Shown here: positions 28,081 to 37,046 of the stretch, one piece after another
How positions within the stretch are numbered: the stretch's first letter is position 1
Layout of the letters: the number at the start of each line of letters is the position of its first letter
NCBI GenBank assembly: GCA_038254115.1
Contig: JBBSGK010000001.1
Location: 2,713-66,712 of the forward strand
Source of the DNA: Candidatus Levyibacteriota bacterium
Lineage (GTDB): Bacteria; Patescibacteriota; Microgenomatia; Levybacterales; UBA12049
Length of the DNA: 64,000 bases
Reading direction: 5' to 3'
Notes under the pieces: generated by a model
The model's input: the letters and a program-made list of their open reading frames with translations, nothing else
Told to the model about the DNA's origin: nothing
Databases searched by the model: none
Position numbers and translations under genes: made by a program

Positions 28081-28965
28081 ATGAAAAAAATTACAGGCAC
28101 ACTTACAGCGCTTGTTACTCCATTTCAGGAAAATGGAGAGATTGACGTACAAGCGCTTAAAGATTTGGTTTCCTGGCAAATAGAAAGCGGAATCAATGGT
28201 TTGGTTCCTTGCGGTTCAACAGGGGAGGCAGCGACAATGAGCTTTGCCGATTATAAACTGGTGGTCTCAACTGTCGTTGAGGAAACAGCGGGCCGCGTGC
28301 CAGTTATAGCAGGCGCAACAAGTAATGACACGGAAAAAGCTATAGAGTTTTCAAAAATAGCAAAAGAGGCCGGAACCGACATGCTTCTTCATGCAACTCC
28401 TTTTTACAATAAACCCACTCTAAACGGACTTATAGCACATTATAAATCAATTGCAAACAAGGTAAATCTCCCAATACTTATTTATAATGTGCCAGGCCGT
28501 ACAGCTTTGAATGTTACAGCTCCGATGCTGTTTGAAATAATAAAAAAAGTTCCAGAAGTTGTAGGTGTGAAAGAGGCAGCGGGGGATATCAAGCAAGCAA
28601 TGAATATCCTAAAAGGAGTGCCAGATGATTTTTCTACACTTGCGGGAGATGACTTTATTACTCTTCCCATGATGGCACTTGGGGGACAGGGAATTATATC
28701 TGTTGTATCAAATGAGATACCTGCGGAAATGACACAACTTTCTCAGTCAGCGATGGCTGGGTACTGGGAGAAAGCAAGAAAATTGCATTTTGAATGGCTT
28801 GATCTCATGAACGTTAACTTTATCGAGTCAAATCCTCAACCCGTCAAAACAGCTCTTTCAATGATGGGAAAAATAAAAGAGGTTTTTCGTTTGCCTCTTG
28901 TAAAAATGGAAGAATCAAATAAATTAATCCTCAAAAAAATTCTTCAGGAGCACAAATTGATATGA
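28081..28965 (+). CDS. dapA: 4-hydroxy-tetrahydrodipicolinate synthase
   Basis: …GTLTALVTPF…GLVPCGSTGE…; the Schiff-base lysine context is …VVGVKEAAGD…. Confidence 0.85.
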   Translation: MKKITGTLTALVTPFQENGEIDVQALKDLVSWQIESGINGLVPCGSTGEAATMSFADYKLVVSTVVEETAGRVPVIAGATSNDTEKAIEFSKIAKEAGTDMLLHATPFYNKPTLNGLIAHYKSIANKVNLPILIYNVPGRTALNVTAPMLFEIIKKVPEVVGVKEAAGDIKQAMNILKGVPDDFSTLAGDDFITLPMMALGGQGIISVVSNEIPAEMTQLSQSAMAGYWEKARKLHFEWLDLMNVNFIESNPQPVKTALSMMGKIKEVFRLPLVKMEESNKLILKKILQEHKLI

Positions 28966-30035
28966 AAATTTCCGTTGGAATCTTGGGTGCAACAGGTATG
29001 GTCGGACAGAGGTTTATCGAGCTTCTTTCCAATCATCCCTGGTTTGAAATAAAAGCTTTGGCTGCATCACCCCGCTCTGCCGGTAAAACATATGAAGAAG
29101 CAGTATCCGGAAAATGGTTTTCAAAAAATCCAATCCCCCAAAATATTTCATCGATAAAGGTTTTAGCAGTTGAGGATGATATAGACACTATCAGTAAAGA
29201 TGTACAGCTCGTTTTTTCGGCCCTTGATTTGGATAGTGAAAAAGTTAAAAAAATTGAGGAGGATTATGCATCTAAAGGCGTTTTTGTTGTTTCAAATAAT
29301 TCCGCAAACAGGTGGACTCCAGATGTTCCTATGATAATTCCTGAGATAAATCCTGAGCATTTAGAAATTATTAATACGCAAAGAACAAACAGAGGATTGA
29401 AAAGCGGAGGAATAGTAGTAAAGTCCAATTGCTCGATTCAATCTTATGTTCCGGTTCTTCATGCATGGTCCGAGTTTGAACCAACTGAGGTTATAGTGAC
29501 GACAAATCAAGCGATTTCGGGTGCTGGAAAAACATTTGAGACTTGGCCCGAAATAATTGACAACGTAATTCCATACATAGGTGGAGAGGAAGAAAAAAGT
29601 GAGAAAGAGCCTTTGAAGATTTGGGGAGAAATAAAAAATGGAAAAATTGAAAATGCAAAACTACCTGTTATTTCAGCAACATGTATTAGGGTCGCTGTAA
29701 CGGACGGTCACATGGCAGCGGTTAGTGTGAAGTTTAAAAATAAACCGACTAAAGATCAATTGATAAGCGCACTAGTAAATTATAAAAATCCAATTGCGGA
29801 TCTTGATCTGCCATCATCCCCAAAGATATTTCTAAAATATTTTGAAGAGGAAGATAGACCTCAGACCAATCTAGATCGCAATACCGGAAGAGGAATGACA
29901 ATATGCATTGGAAGAATAAGAAATGATCAAGTTCTTGATTATAAATTTGTTGCGTTGTCCCACAATACAATAAGGGGTGCAGCAGGCGGCGCAGTATTGG
30001 CAGCAGAGTTATTAAAAGCAAAAGGTTATATATAA
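28962..30035 (+). CDS. asd: aspartate-semialdehyde dehydrogenase
   Basis: MKISVGILGATGMVGQRF…, with the active-site Cys in …KSNCSIQSYVP…. It overlaps the dapA stop. Confidence 0.85.
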   Translation: MKISVGILGATGMVGQRFIELLSNHPWFEIKALAASPRSAGKTYEEAVSGKWFSKNPIPQNISSIKVLAVEDDIDTISKDVQLVFSALDLDSEKVKKIEEDYASKGVFVVSNNSANRWTPDVPMIIPEINPEHLEIINTQRTNRGLKSGGIVVKSNCSIQSYVPVLHAWSEFEPTEVIVTTNQAISGAGKTFETWPEIIDNVIPYIGGEEEKSEKEPLKIWGEIKNGKIENAKLPVISATCIRVAVTDGHMAAVSVKFKNKPTKDQLISALVNYKNPIADLDLPSSPKIFLKYFEEEDRPQTNLDRNTGRGMTICIGRIRNDQVLDYKFVALSHNTIRGAAGGAVLAAELLKAKGYI

Positions 30036-30038
30036 ATT

Positions 30039-31340
30039 ATGGCAAAAGAAAAAAAGCAAGTTAATGTTGGATTAATTGGTTTTGGTAATATCGGAAAAGG
30101 CGTTGTAAGATATTTCCAAGAAGGACATGGAAAAAACTTCAATATCCATCTCAAGCGGATTGCAGTCCGGGACCTTACTAAGCAAAGAGAAATAGATGTT
30201 GAGCTGACGGACAAAGTTGATGATATTTTTAACGATCCGGAAATAGACATCGTCGTTGAGTTGATTGGAGGGCTGGATCCTGCAAAGCAATATATAATCA
30301 AATCCATAGAAAAAGGAAAAAGTGTAGTTACTGCCAATAAAGCAGTTATGTCGCGTTTTACTAAAGAATTATTTGACGTTGCACGGGAAAACAATGTGGA
30401 TCTTGCTTTTGAAGCGGCTGTTGGAGGTGGAATACCCATAATTAATACCCTTAACCGTTACAAGGGAGAAAAAATTGAGCGGGTTCTAGGAGTATTAAAT
30501 GGAACTACAAATTTTGTTCTTACGCAAATGGAACAGGGATTGGACTTTAATACCGCTATAAAAATAGCACAAGAAAAAGGATTTGCCGAAGCTGATCACA
30601 TTCTCGATACAGGCGGGTTTGATACCAGGGACAAGTTGGCACTTATCGCCTCCCTTATTTTTAATTCGCAAGTTGATCCCGAAAAGATCCAAACACACGG
30701 AATAACAGAAATTACTCCTGTGGATATTGACTTTGCGGATAAATATAAAGTAGCGGAAGGAGGACGGGGATATGCGATAAAACTCCTTGCAATAGCCGAG
30801 CGGCGAGACGGTGATGTTGAGTTAAGTGTTGGTCCTGCTTTGATAAGCCGTGATCATCCGTTGGCATCAATAAGGGATGAGGTCAATGCAGTTTACGTTG
30901 AGGGAGAGCTTGCCGGTCCTCAAACATTCTCCGGTAAAGGTGCCGGTACAAATCCGACTTCAAGCGCAGTTGTTTCAGATATTCTCCGGTTGGCAAACAA
31001 TATGCAAAGGGGAGTTGTGGATGAATTGCCGGATCTTAATTCAAAAGTCAGCTACATAAAACACGAAAAGATGGAACAAAAGGGTTATATACGTGTTAAT
31101 CTCAAGCATCAACCCGGCAGCCTTTATGCGGTTACAGGGATTCTGTCTCAGCATGGACTAAATATTGATGATTCAATTCAGAGAGGAGATTACGGTTACG
31201 ATATAGGAAAGGTCAGGTTTGTTCCTGATATTATTACACTCGAACCGGCCCCGGTCAAGGTCATAGAGAAAGTATTAGCCGAGTTGAGTAAATCGGATAG
31301 AGTGGACGGGGATCCGCTTTTTATGAATATTGAGGAGTAA
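30039..31340 (+). CDS. hom: homoserine dehydrogenase with a C-terminal ACT domain
   Basis: …VNVGLIGFGNIGKGV… and …LNGTTNFVLTQME… are the Hom catalytic domain. The C-terminus is ACT-like. Confidence 0.8.
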   Translation: MAKEKKQVNVGLIGFGNIGKGVVRYFQEGHGKNFNIHLKRIAVRDLTKQREIDVELTDKVDDIFNDPEIDIVVELIGGLDPAKQYIIKSIEKGKSVVTANKAVMSRFTKELFDVARENNVDLAFEAAVGGGIPIINTLNRYKGEKIERVLGVLNGTTNFVLTQMEQGLDFNTAIKIAQEKGFAEADHILDTGGFDTRDKLALIASLIFNSQVDPEKIQTHGITEITPVDIDFADKYKVAEGGRGYAIKLLAIAERRDGDVELSVGPALISRDHPLASIRDEVNAVYVEGELAGPQTFSGKGAGTNPTSSAVVSDILRLANNMQRGVVDELPDLNSKVSYIKHEKMEQKGYIRVNLKHQPGSLYAVTGILSQHGLNIDDSIQRGDYGYDIGKVRFVPDIITLEPAPVKVIEKVLAELSKSDRVDGDPLFMNIEE

Positions 31341-31354
31341 GTTATTGAAAATCT

Positions 31355-32875
31355 ATGTTTTGGGCTGATGAAGTTGCTGAAAAATTAAAAAAAAGAAAAT
31401 TGCCTCTTGAATGGGTTGATGATATGAAGACGCCTTCGGGAAGAATTCACGTTGGGTCTTTGTTTGGCGTTGTTTTTCATGACTTAGTCTATAAAGCCTT
31501 GAAAGACCAAGGTGTTAAAGCAAAGTACACCTACGTTTTTGAAAATCACGATCCGATGGATGATATCCCATCATATTTGCCCCGGGAGAAATTTGAGAAG
31601 TATCTCGGTATGCCTCTTTTTAAAATTCCATCACCTGTAAAAGGTTTTGAAAACTTCGCCCAATATTATGCCTTTGAATTTAAAGAAACGTTTAATAAGC
31701 TCGGGTCTGATCCCGAAATAATCTGGACAAAGGATTTGTATACATCAGGCAAAATGAATAAAGGAATTAAACGCGTTCTGGATAGTTCAGAAGAAATTAG
31801 GAAAATCTATAAAGAAATGTATAAAAAAGAGATTGCAACTGATTGGTATCCGTTTCAGGTTTATTGTGAGAAATGCGGAAAAGTTTCAACAACCCGGGTT
31901 TATAATTGGGACGGGGAATTTGTTTATTACCGTTGTCCTGTTGCCGCAACAAAATGGACTAAAGGATGTGGAAATGAGGGGAAAACATCACCATTTAGTG
32001 ATGAAAAAGGTATGAAAGGAAAAATGCCTTGGAAAGTTGAATGGCCGGTAAAGTGGCAGGCAATTGGTGTGACGGTTGAGGGAGCGGGTAAAGACCATAT
32101 GAGTCGTGGGGGGTCGCACGATTTGGCAACGCAAGTTGCAGAACGAGTGCTGAAGTGCCCTGTTCCATATCCGGTCAGTTACGAATTTATGTTGATAGGT
32201 GGCCGGAAAATGTCTTCATCAAAAGGTCATGGTTTTGCGGCAGGAGATATATTGGAAATACTTCCTCCTGATTTAGCCCGGTTCTTGATAGTAAAAATGG
32301 ATATTAAACAACAGACAAATTTTGATCCGACTGAAAAAGATACTGTGCCAAAATTATTTGATGATTACCAAAAAGCAGCAGACGCTTACTTCGATAAGAT
32401 TGATAAGAATTTGGCAAGAGTTTTTGAACTGTCGCAAGTTGGTGAAATTAAAAAACCGCCAACTGTAAGATTTTCCGTTCTTGCCCAGTGGGTGCAGATG
32501 CCAAATATGGCGGATAAGATTAGGGAAGAGGGTTTGGAAGAGTGGGTAAAATATGCAAAAGTATGGCTTGAAAAATACGCGCCTGAATCGGAAAAGTTTG
32601 AGCTGCAAGAAGCTTTGCCAGAAGCAGTAAAAGACTTAACAAATAAGCAAAAAGAATTATTAAAAAAAATCTCAGCAGAGATTGATAGAAAATGGGATCC
32701 TGAAGAATTTCAGACACGGATTTATGAGATAGGTAAAGAATTGGGATTAAACGGTAAGGAAACATTTGCCGCAATCTACTTATCGCTTCTTGGAAAAGAC
32801 CACGGACCAAAGGCAGCATGGCTTATTTTGTCAGCCGGCAAAAAGTTTATAAAAAAAAGATTTAATGAATTTTAG
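31355..32875 (+). CDS. lysK: lysyl-tRNA synthetase, class I (archaeal-type LysRS-1)
   Basis: It has the HIGH-type motif …SGRIHVGSL… and the KMSKS-type motif …KMSSSKG…. Its length and overall pattern match class I LysRS rather than class II. Confidence 0.8.
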   Translation: MFWADEVAEKLKKRKLPLEWVDDMKTPSGRIHVGSLFGVVFHDLVYKALKDQGVKAKYTYVFENHDPMDDIPSYLPREKFEKYLGMPLFKIPSPVKGFENFAQYYAFEFKETFNKLGSDPEIIWTKDLYTSGKMNKGIKRVLDSSEEIRKIYKEMYKKEIATDWYPFQVYCEKCGKVSTTRVYNWDGEFVYYRCPVAATKWTKGCGNEGKTSPFSDEKGMKGKMPWKVEWPVKWQAIGVTVEGAGKDHMSRGGSHDLATQVAERVLKCPVPYPVSYEFMLIGGRKMSSSKGHGFAAGDILEILPPDLARFLIVKMDIKQQTNFDPTEKDTVPKLFDDYQKAADAYFDKIDKNLARVFELSQVGEIKKPPTVRFSVLAQWVQMPNMADKIREEGLEEWVKYAKVWLEKYAPESEKFELQEALPEAVKDLTNKQKELLKKISAEIDRKWDPEEFQTRIYEIGKELGLNGKETFAAIYLSLLGKDHGPKAAWLILSAGKKFIKKRFNEF

Positions 32876-32883
32876 AGACCTCA

Positions 32884-33483
32884 ATGCAAAAACTTCTTAT
32901 CGCCACTTTTAACAAAGGAAAACTTGAAGATTATAAATTTTTTCTAAAAAATTTACCTTTTAAATTAGTAACCCTTGAAAATTTGGGTATCACAGAAGAT
33001 TTTGAAGAAGTTTGCGAAACATTTGAAGAAAATGCTTCTGCAAAGGCAGAATTCTATGCTAAACTCTCAGGTTTGACTACCCTTGCAGATGATAGTGGAG
33101 TCGAAATTCCTTTTTACAAAATGGCGCCTGGGGTACATACGAAAAGGTGGGACGGAGTTGGGAAAAATGATGAGCATTATCAAAAATTCATCCTCGAGAA
33201 AATAAAAGCAATTCCTAAGGATCAAAGAAAAGCACAGTTGCGGGCAGTCCTAGCATTATCTATTAATGGAGAGACTCACATGAGCGAAGGAATAATAAAA
33301 GGAATTTTAACAGAGAAGGTATATCCAAATTCAGACACTCAAGGATATCCCTGGGACCGAGTGTTTATTATTCCGCAATTAAATAAGTATTATGAAGAAC
33401 TTAGCGACAAGGAAAATTACAAATATAATCACCGCCGGCGAGCTCTTGAAAATCTCAGATCAGTAATTGAAACAGCTTTATAA
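32884..33483 (+). CDS. rdgB: non-canonical purine NTP pyrophosphatase (RdgB/Ham1, dITP/XTP)
   Basis: …ATFNKGKLEDY… , …TFEENASAKA… and …LADDSGVEI… are Ham1 family motifs. Confidence 0.75.
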   Translation: MQKLLIATFNKGKLEDYKFFLKNLPFKLVTLENLGITEDFEEVCETFEENASAKAEFYAKLSGLTTLADDSGVEIPFYKMAPGVHTKRWDGVGKNDEHYQKFILEKIKAIPKDQRKAQLRAVLALSINGETHMSEGIIKGILTEKVYPNSDTQGYPWDRVFIIPQLNKYYEELSDKENYKYNHRRRALENLRSVIETAL

Positions 33484-33586
33484 TTGATTAATTTTGTCTA
33501 TTGCATTTGGGGAGAAGTTTATTTGATAATTAAATCAGTTCGAGCCCGCTTTACAAGAATTTGGCGGTTAAAGGAGGTGATTAATT

Positions 33587-34036
33587 ATGGTACATGAATC
33601 AAAAAATAGCTTTATAGACACACTGGAAGATTTTTTCAAAAAAGCACCTGCGCTTCCTACAAATGGACGTGAAGGAATTGTTAAGATCACTCCTGCTCTT
33701 TGCCTTATCTTTGGAATACTAGGTATCATTGTTGCAGTCGCAGGTTTGGGAGTATTTACATTCTTAGCACCTTTTGCAGCAATAGGCGGAGCACATGAAG
33801 TTTCATCACTGGGCAGCGGTTATATTACAGTTTTATTTTCGCTGGTAGCAGCAGTATTTTTGCTCGCAGCGTATCCTGGTACAAAGGCCCGTAAAGCGAG
33901 TGGATGGAAAATGCTTTTTTGGAGTGAGGTAGTGAATATTATTAGCTCACTAGTAGCAGGTGCAATCGTATCTGCAATAATAGGAGCTCTTATCGGATTT
34001 TACTTATTATTCCAGATTAAATCTTATTACAAGTAG
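33587..34036 (+). CDS. hypothetical polytopic membrane protein
   Basis: It is Gly/Ala-rich with 3-4 TM segments. A strong Shine-Dalgarno sequence AAAGGAGGTG lies 7 nt before the ATG. Confidence 0.5.
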   Translation: MVHESKNSFIDTLEDFFKKAPALPTNGREGIVKITPALCLIFGILGIIVAVAGLGVFTFLAPFAAIGGAHEVSSLGSGYITVLFSLVAAVFLLAAYPGTKARKASGWKMLFWSEVVNIISSLVAGAIVSAIIGALIGFYLLFQIKSYYK

Positions 34037-34059
34037 GTCTTTTTCGAATTTATTTATAT

Positions 34060-34095
34060 AAAAATCCACCTCAGATAAATGGGGGTGGATTTTTG
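34060..34095. terminator. bidirectional intrinsic terminator hairpin
   Basis: AAAAATCCACC-[loop]-GGTGGATTTTT is a 7-bp GC-rich stem flanked by A and T runs. Confidence 0.55.
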
Positions 34096-34191
34096 GTGCA
34101 TGATTACTCCGAACTTTTTGTCTTCTTAATAAAAATTTGGTTTGTCAATTTTATACCTGTTTGATAAGATGAAAGGTACATTGTTATACTC

Positions 34192-35034
34192 ATGAAAAAA
34201 ATATTTATTATCCTTGTCTCAGCTCTTATTCTTGGAATTTTGTTTTTTGTTCTTTTTCAATATTTTATTAAATCCCATTCTCAAAAAGGCGCTTTGCAGG
34301 TAACATCCGCTCCTGAAAGTAAAGTTTATCTGAACGATAAATATTTGGGACAGACTCCGCTTTGTAAATGTGAGGCAGTGGACATGCAGCAATCAGGCGA
34401 TTATATCATCCGTTTGGTGCCAAAAGATAAAAATTTATCAGAGTTTCAGGAGAAAATAAAAATTTCAGAAGGAGTTTTGACAGTGATTGACAGAAAATTT
34501 GGCAAGGACTCTGATTCTTCAGGAAGTGTAATTTCATTGACACCACTTGATGACAAGAAGGCAACAGAGCTTCTGGTTGTTTCAATTCCTTCTAAATCAA
34601 ATATTTTTCTTGATAATAATCAGATTGGAGATACCCCAATACTCTACAAAAATCCTACAGAATCAGACCACGTTTTACAGGTGGGCAAGGAAGGATATAA
34701 AGAAAAAACGGTTAGGATCCGCACACCGCTTGGTTATAAGCTTACAGTTACAATATATTTAAGTACAAGTGGGGAGCCGGTGGAAGCATCAAAATCAGCA
34801 TCAGCTGCTCCAACCGCTTCTCCACCTCCGGCACTTGGCAAGGTAGCTATTCTTGAGACGCCAACAGGCTTTTTACGGGTAAGAGATAGCGCGTCAATTG
34901 GTTCCTCGGAGATTTCAAGAGTGGCGTCACCCGACGTATATGAAGTGGTCAGCGAGCAGGCAGGGTGGTTTCAAATCAAACTGAAAGATGGGAAAGTAGG
35001 CTGGATCAGTAGTCAGTATGCGAGGAAGCAGTAA
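34192..35034 (+). CDS. membrane-anchored protein with two PEGA domains and a C-terminal SH3b (SH3_3) domain
   Basis: It has an N-terminal TM anchor. The PEGA-like segments are …SKVYLNDKYLGQTP… and …SNIFLDNNQIGDTP…. The C-terminus …GWFQIKLKDGKVGWISSQYA… is SH3b-like. Confidence 0.6.
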   Translation: MKKIFIILVSALILGILFFVLFQYFIKSHSQKGALQVTSAPESKVYLNDKYLGQTPLCKCEAVDMQQSGDYIIRLVPKDKNLSEFQEKIKISEGVLTVIDRKFGKDSDSSGSVISLTPLDDKKATELLVVSIPSKSNIFLDNNQIGDTPILYKNPTESDHVLQVGKEGYKEKTVRIRTPLGYKLTVTIYLSTSGEPVEASKSASAAPTASPPPALGKVAILETPTGFLRVRDSASIGSSEISRVASPDVYEVVSEQAGWFQIKLKDGKVGWISSQYARKQ

Positions 35035-35036
35035 AT
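34984..35036 (+). repeat. direct repeat copy 1 (3' end of the PEGA/SH3b gene, including its stop codon)
   Basis: A 26-nt exact core GGCTGGATCAGTAGTCAGTATGCGAG (34999-35024) has imperfect flanks repeated at 35445-35507. Confidence 0.8.
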
Positions 35037-35078
35037 GAAAGCATTAATTGATTAATTCTGACAAACTTTAAATTGCTT

Positions 35079-35378
35079 CTATTTTTGTTGTCTTTCTGGC
35101 TGGCCAACTTGGACTCTGTATAGTTGTAGCTTTACGGGAACGCCTTCTTCTAATTTGCCGCCTGCTGAATTTCTATCTCTTCTACCTCTTCGAGAAAATT
35201 TAGATATTAATCGAGGCAGTATATTATTTGCTTCTAACACACCTTTTCCGTTGGGTTCTAAGCCTACTTCTTCATCGTTGTCACTATTTGCAGGTTTCGC
35301 TAAATATTCTGCTCGCGGTATCGGTGGAGAGAAAAGTCCAGGAAAACCAAAAATTGGATTGGCGTGTTCACGTCCCAT
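35079..35378 (-). CDS. hypothetical ORF inside the repeat-flanked segment, possibly a remnant
   Basis: It is a 99-aa ORF with no recognisable motifs. An 81-aa plus-strand ORF overlaps it. Neither is convincing. Confidence 0.2.
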   Translation of the reverse strand: MGREHANPIFGFPGLFSPPIPRAEYLAKPANSDNDEEVGLEPNGKGVLEANNILPRLISKFSRRGRRDRNSAGGKLEEGVPVKLQLYRVQVGQPERQQK

Positions 35379-35444
35379 AATGATATTATATCATAACTAA
35401 AATGAAAAACAATAGACAATATCGTAATAACTAGGGTTAAAATA

Positions 35445-35507
35445 AATTAAAATTGAAAGAAGGTAGAACAGGCTGGATCAGTAGTCAGTATGCGAGAAAG
35501 CAATAAT
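35445..35507 (+). repeat. direct repeat copy 2; a relic reading frame encodes NKLKLKEGRTGWISSQYARKQ-stop, a diverged duplicate of the upstream gene's C-terminus
   Basis: The exact 26-nt core lies at 35471-35496. Translation of 35441-35506 matches the last 20 aa of the 34192..35034 product, with synonymous or conservative changes outside the core. Confidence 0.75.
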
Positions 35508-35550
35508 TCTCATAGCTATTTGATTTGCTGTCTGATGATATAATTCCCAC

Positions 35551-36105
35551 GTGAGAAAAGAAACAGAGCATCCATTTGTTGAACCAAGGTCTTTTTTAGA
35601 GAGGCCATATGAAAAAATAGAGATAGGACGAATGCCGATTCCGCCGGAAATAGGTTTTCTTCGGTGGTTAACCACGAGAGTGGACGAAACTGGTTTAGTT
35701 TTAATAAAACCTGCTTGGTATATTATTAAAGCAAGCGATCGAGGTGTGCCTACATGGACAATGCCTCATTATGCTGATGTATTAGTTCATTCTCATCCTC
35801 AAGAAGAAGATGAAAAACAGAATGATAGCTCCGTTCCAAGTCTTCGAGATTTTATTAATAGTTCACCTACAGCAAAGAATTTCATAGTCTCTTATAGAGG
35901 TATTACTCAGTACGGTCCAATAGAAGAAGAAGTAGCGAGATATGTTCGAGATGTTGTGATATTTCAAGAGCATTACAGATTTGGCAGAGGCAAGGAGAGG
36001 GAATATCTAAAGTACTTAGATGAGATTAATGCAGAATTTATAGTTCACCGATGGGAGGACATAAACGAAACAAAATTAAATAAATTGTTTGATAATAAAA
36101 TCTAG
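35551..36105 (+). CDS. hypothetical protein with a possible JAMM/MPN+-like metal-binding motif
   Basis: VLVHSHPQ…SVPSLRD resembles HxH…SxxD, but the spacing is longer than the canonical motif. Confidence 0.4.
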   Translation: MRKETEHPFVEPRSFLERPYEKIEIGRMPIPPEIGFLRWLTTRVDETGLVLIKPAWYIIKASDRGVPTWTMPHYADVLVHSHPQEEDEKQNDSSVPSLRDFINSSPTAKNFIVSYRGITQYGPIEEEVARYVRDVVIFQEHYRFGRGKEREYLKYLDEINAEFIVHRWEDINETKLNKLFDNKI

Positions 36106-37046
36106 GCTTTGATGAAGTAGATTATAAGCACTACAAGTAATCCCCAGATGACAACAGAGGTTAGAAGTGCGCGGTCTGAGAAAAGAACCCGCTCAGGTGA
36201 CTCTCCTTCATGCTTTTCATAGATCCGCTGCAGGTAACGCATTATTCCATACACAACAGGTATGATAGTGATCATAAGCCATTTGCGCTGTAGATATGTC
36301 CCCAGAATATCTGCGGGAAGAAGATCTGTTGTGAACTGGCGCCCACGTGGATTTTCAATAAAGGTAAACAAGGAATAAAAGACGAATGCGGATGTTGCAA
36401 ATATAGAAATATAAGCATCTAGCAATTTTTCTGTATAGTGTGAAAGTGTTTTTCTGGTTGTTGAAATTTTTAAAGCGGTATAATTCGCCAATAGTGTAAG
36501 CTCTGATCTGCGTTTGCCGATAGCCAGAAAGAGAGAGAGCGCAATTGTGGTCATAAGAAGCCAGGCCGAGATATGAAAACCGCTTACAACTTCTCCAGCC
36601 AGAACGCGGAGAATATATCCCCCGGCAAGTGTCAGGATGTCGATAATCTCAATTTGCTTTAGAAAGGCCGAATAGGACAGGTGTAATAGGAAATATACGA
36701 CAGTTATTACAAAAAATGCAGGTGCAATGAAATAGCTCAAAAAGATGGAACTTAATGCCAGTAAAGCAGCGATGAGCACGGCTGTTTTTATGGATATATT
36801 TTCTTGAGCAAGAGGCCTGTATTTTTTAAACGGATGAAGTCTATCTTTTTTAACGTCAAAAATATCGTTAGTTACATAAATAGCGCTACTCATCGCGCAA
36901 AACACAATAAAGCCATAGAAAACTTTTTGAAAGATCAGAGGATTGAAGAGCTGCCCGCTAAATATCAAGGCAGCAAAAATAGCAAAATTTTTTATCCATT
37001 GACGAGGACGTAGAAGCCGTAAATTTTCACGAAACATGTTATTCAT
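36102..37046 (-). CDS. UbiA-family prenyl/phosphoribosyl transferase (decaprenyl-phosphate phosphoribosyltransferase/DPPRS-like)
   Basis: It has about 8 TM segments and the first Asp-rich motif NDIFDVKKD (NDxxDxxxD) in …YVTNDIFDVKKDRLHP…. Confidence 0.7.
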   Translation of the reverse strand: MNNMFRENLRLLRPRQWIKNFAIFAALIFSGQLFNPLIFQKVFYGFIVFCAMSSAIYVTNDIFDVKKDRLHPFKKYRPLAQENISIKTAVLIAALLALSSIFLSYFIAPAFFVITVVYFLLHLSYSAFLKQIEIIDILTLAGGYILRVLAGEVVSGFHISAWLLMTTIALSLFLAIGKRRSELTLLANYTALKISTTRKTLSHYTEKLLDAYISIFATSAFVFYSLFTFIENPRGRQFTTDLLPADILGTYLQRKWLMITIIPVVYGIMRYLQRIYEKHEGESPERVLFSDRALLTSVVIWGLLVVLIIYFIKA

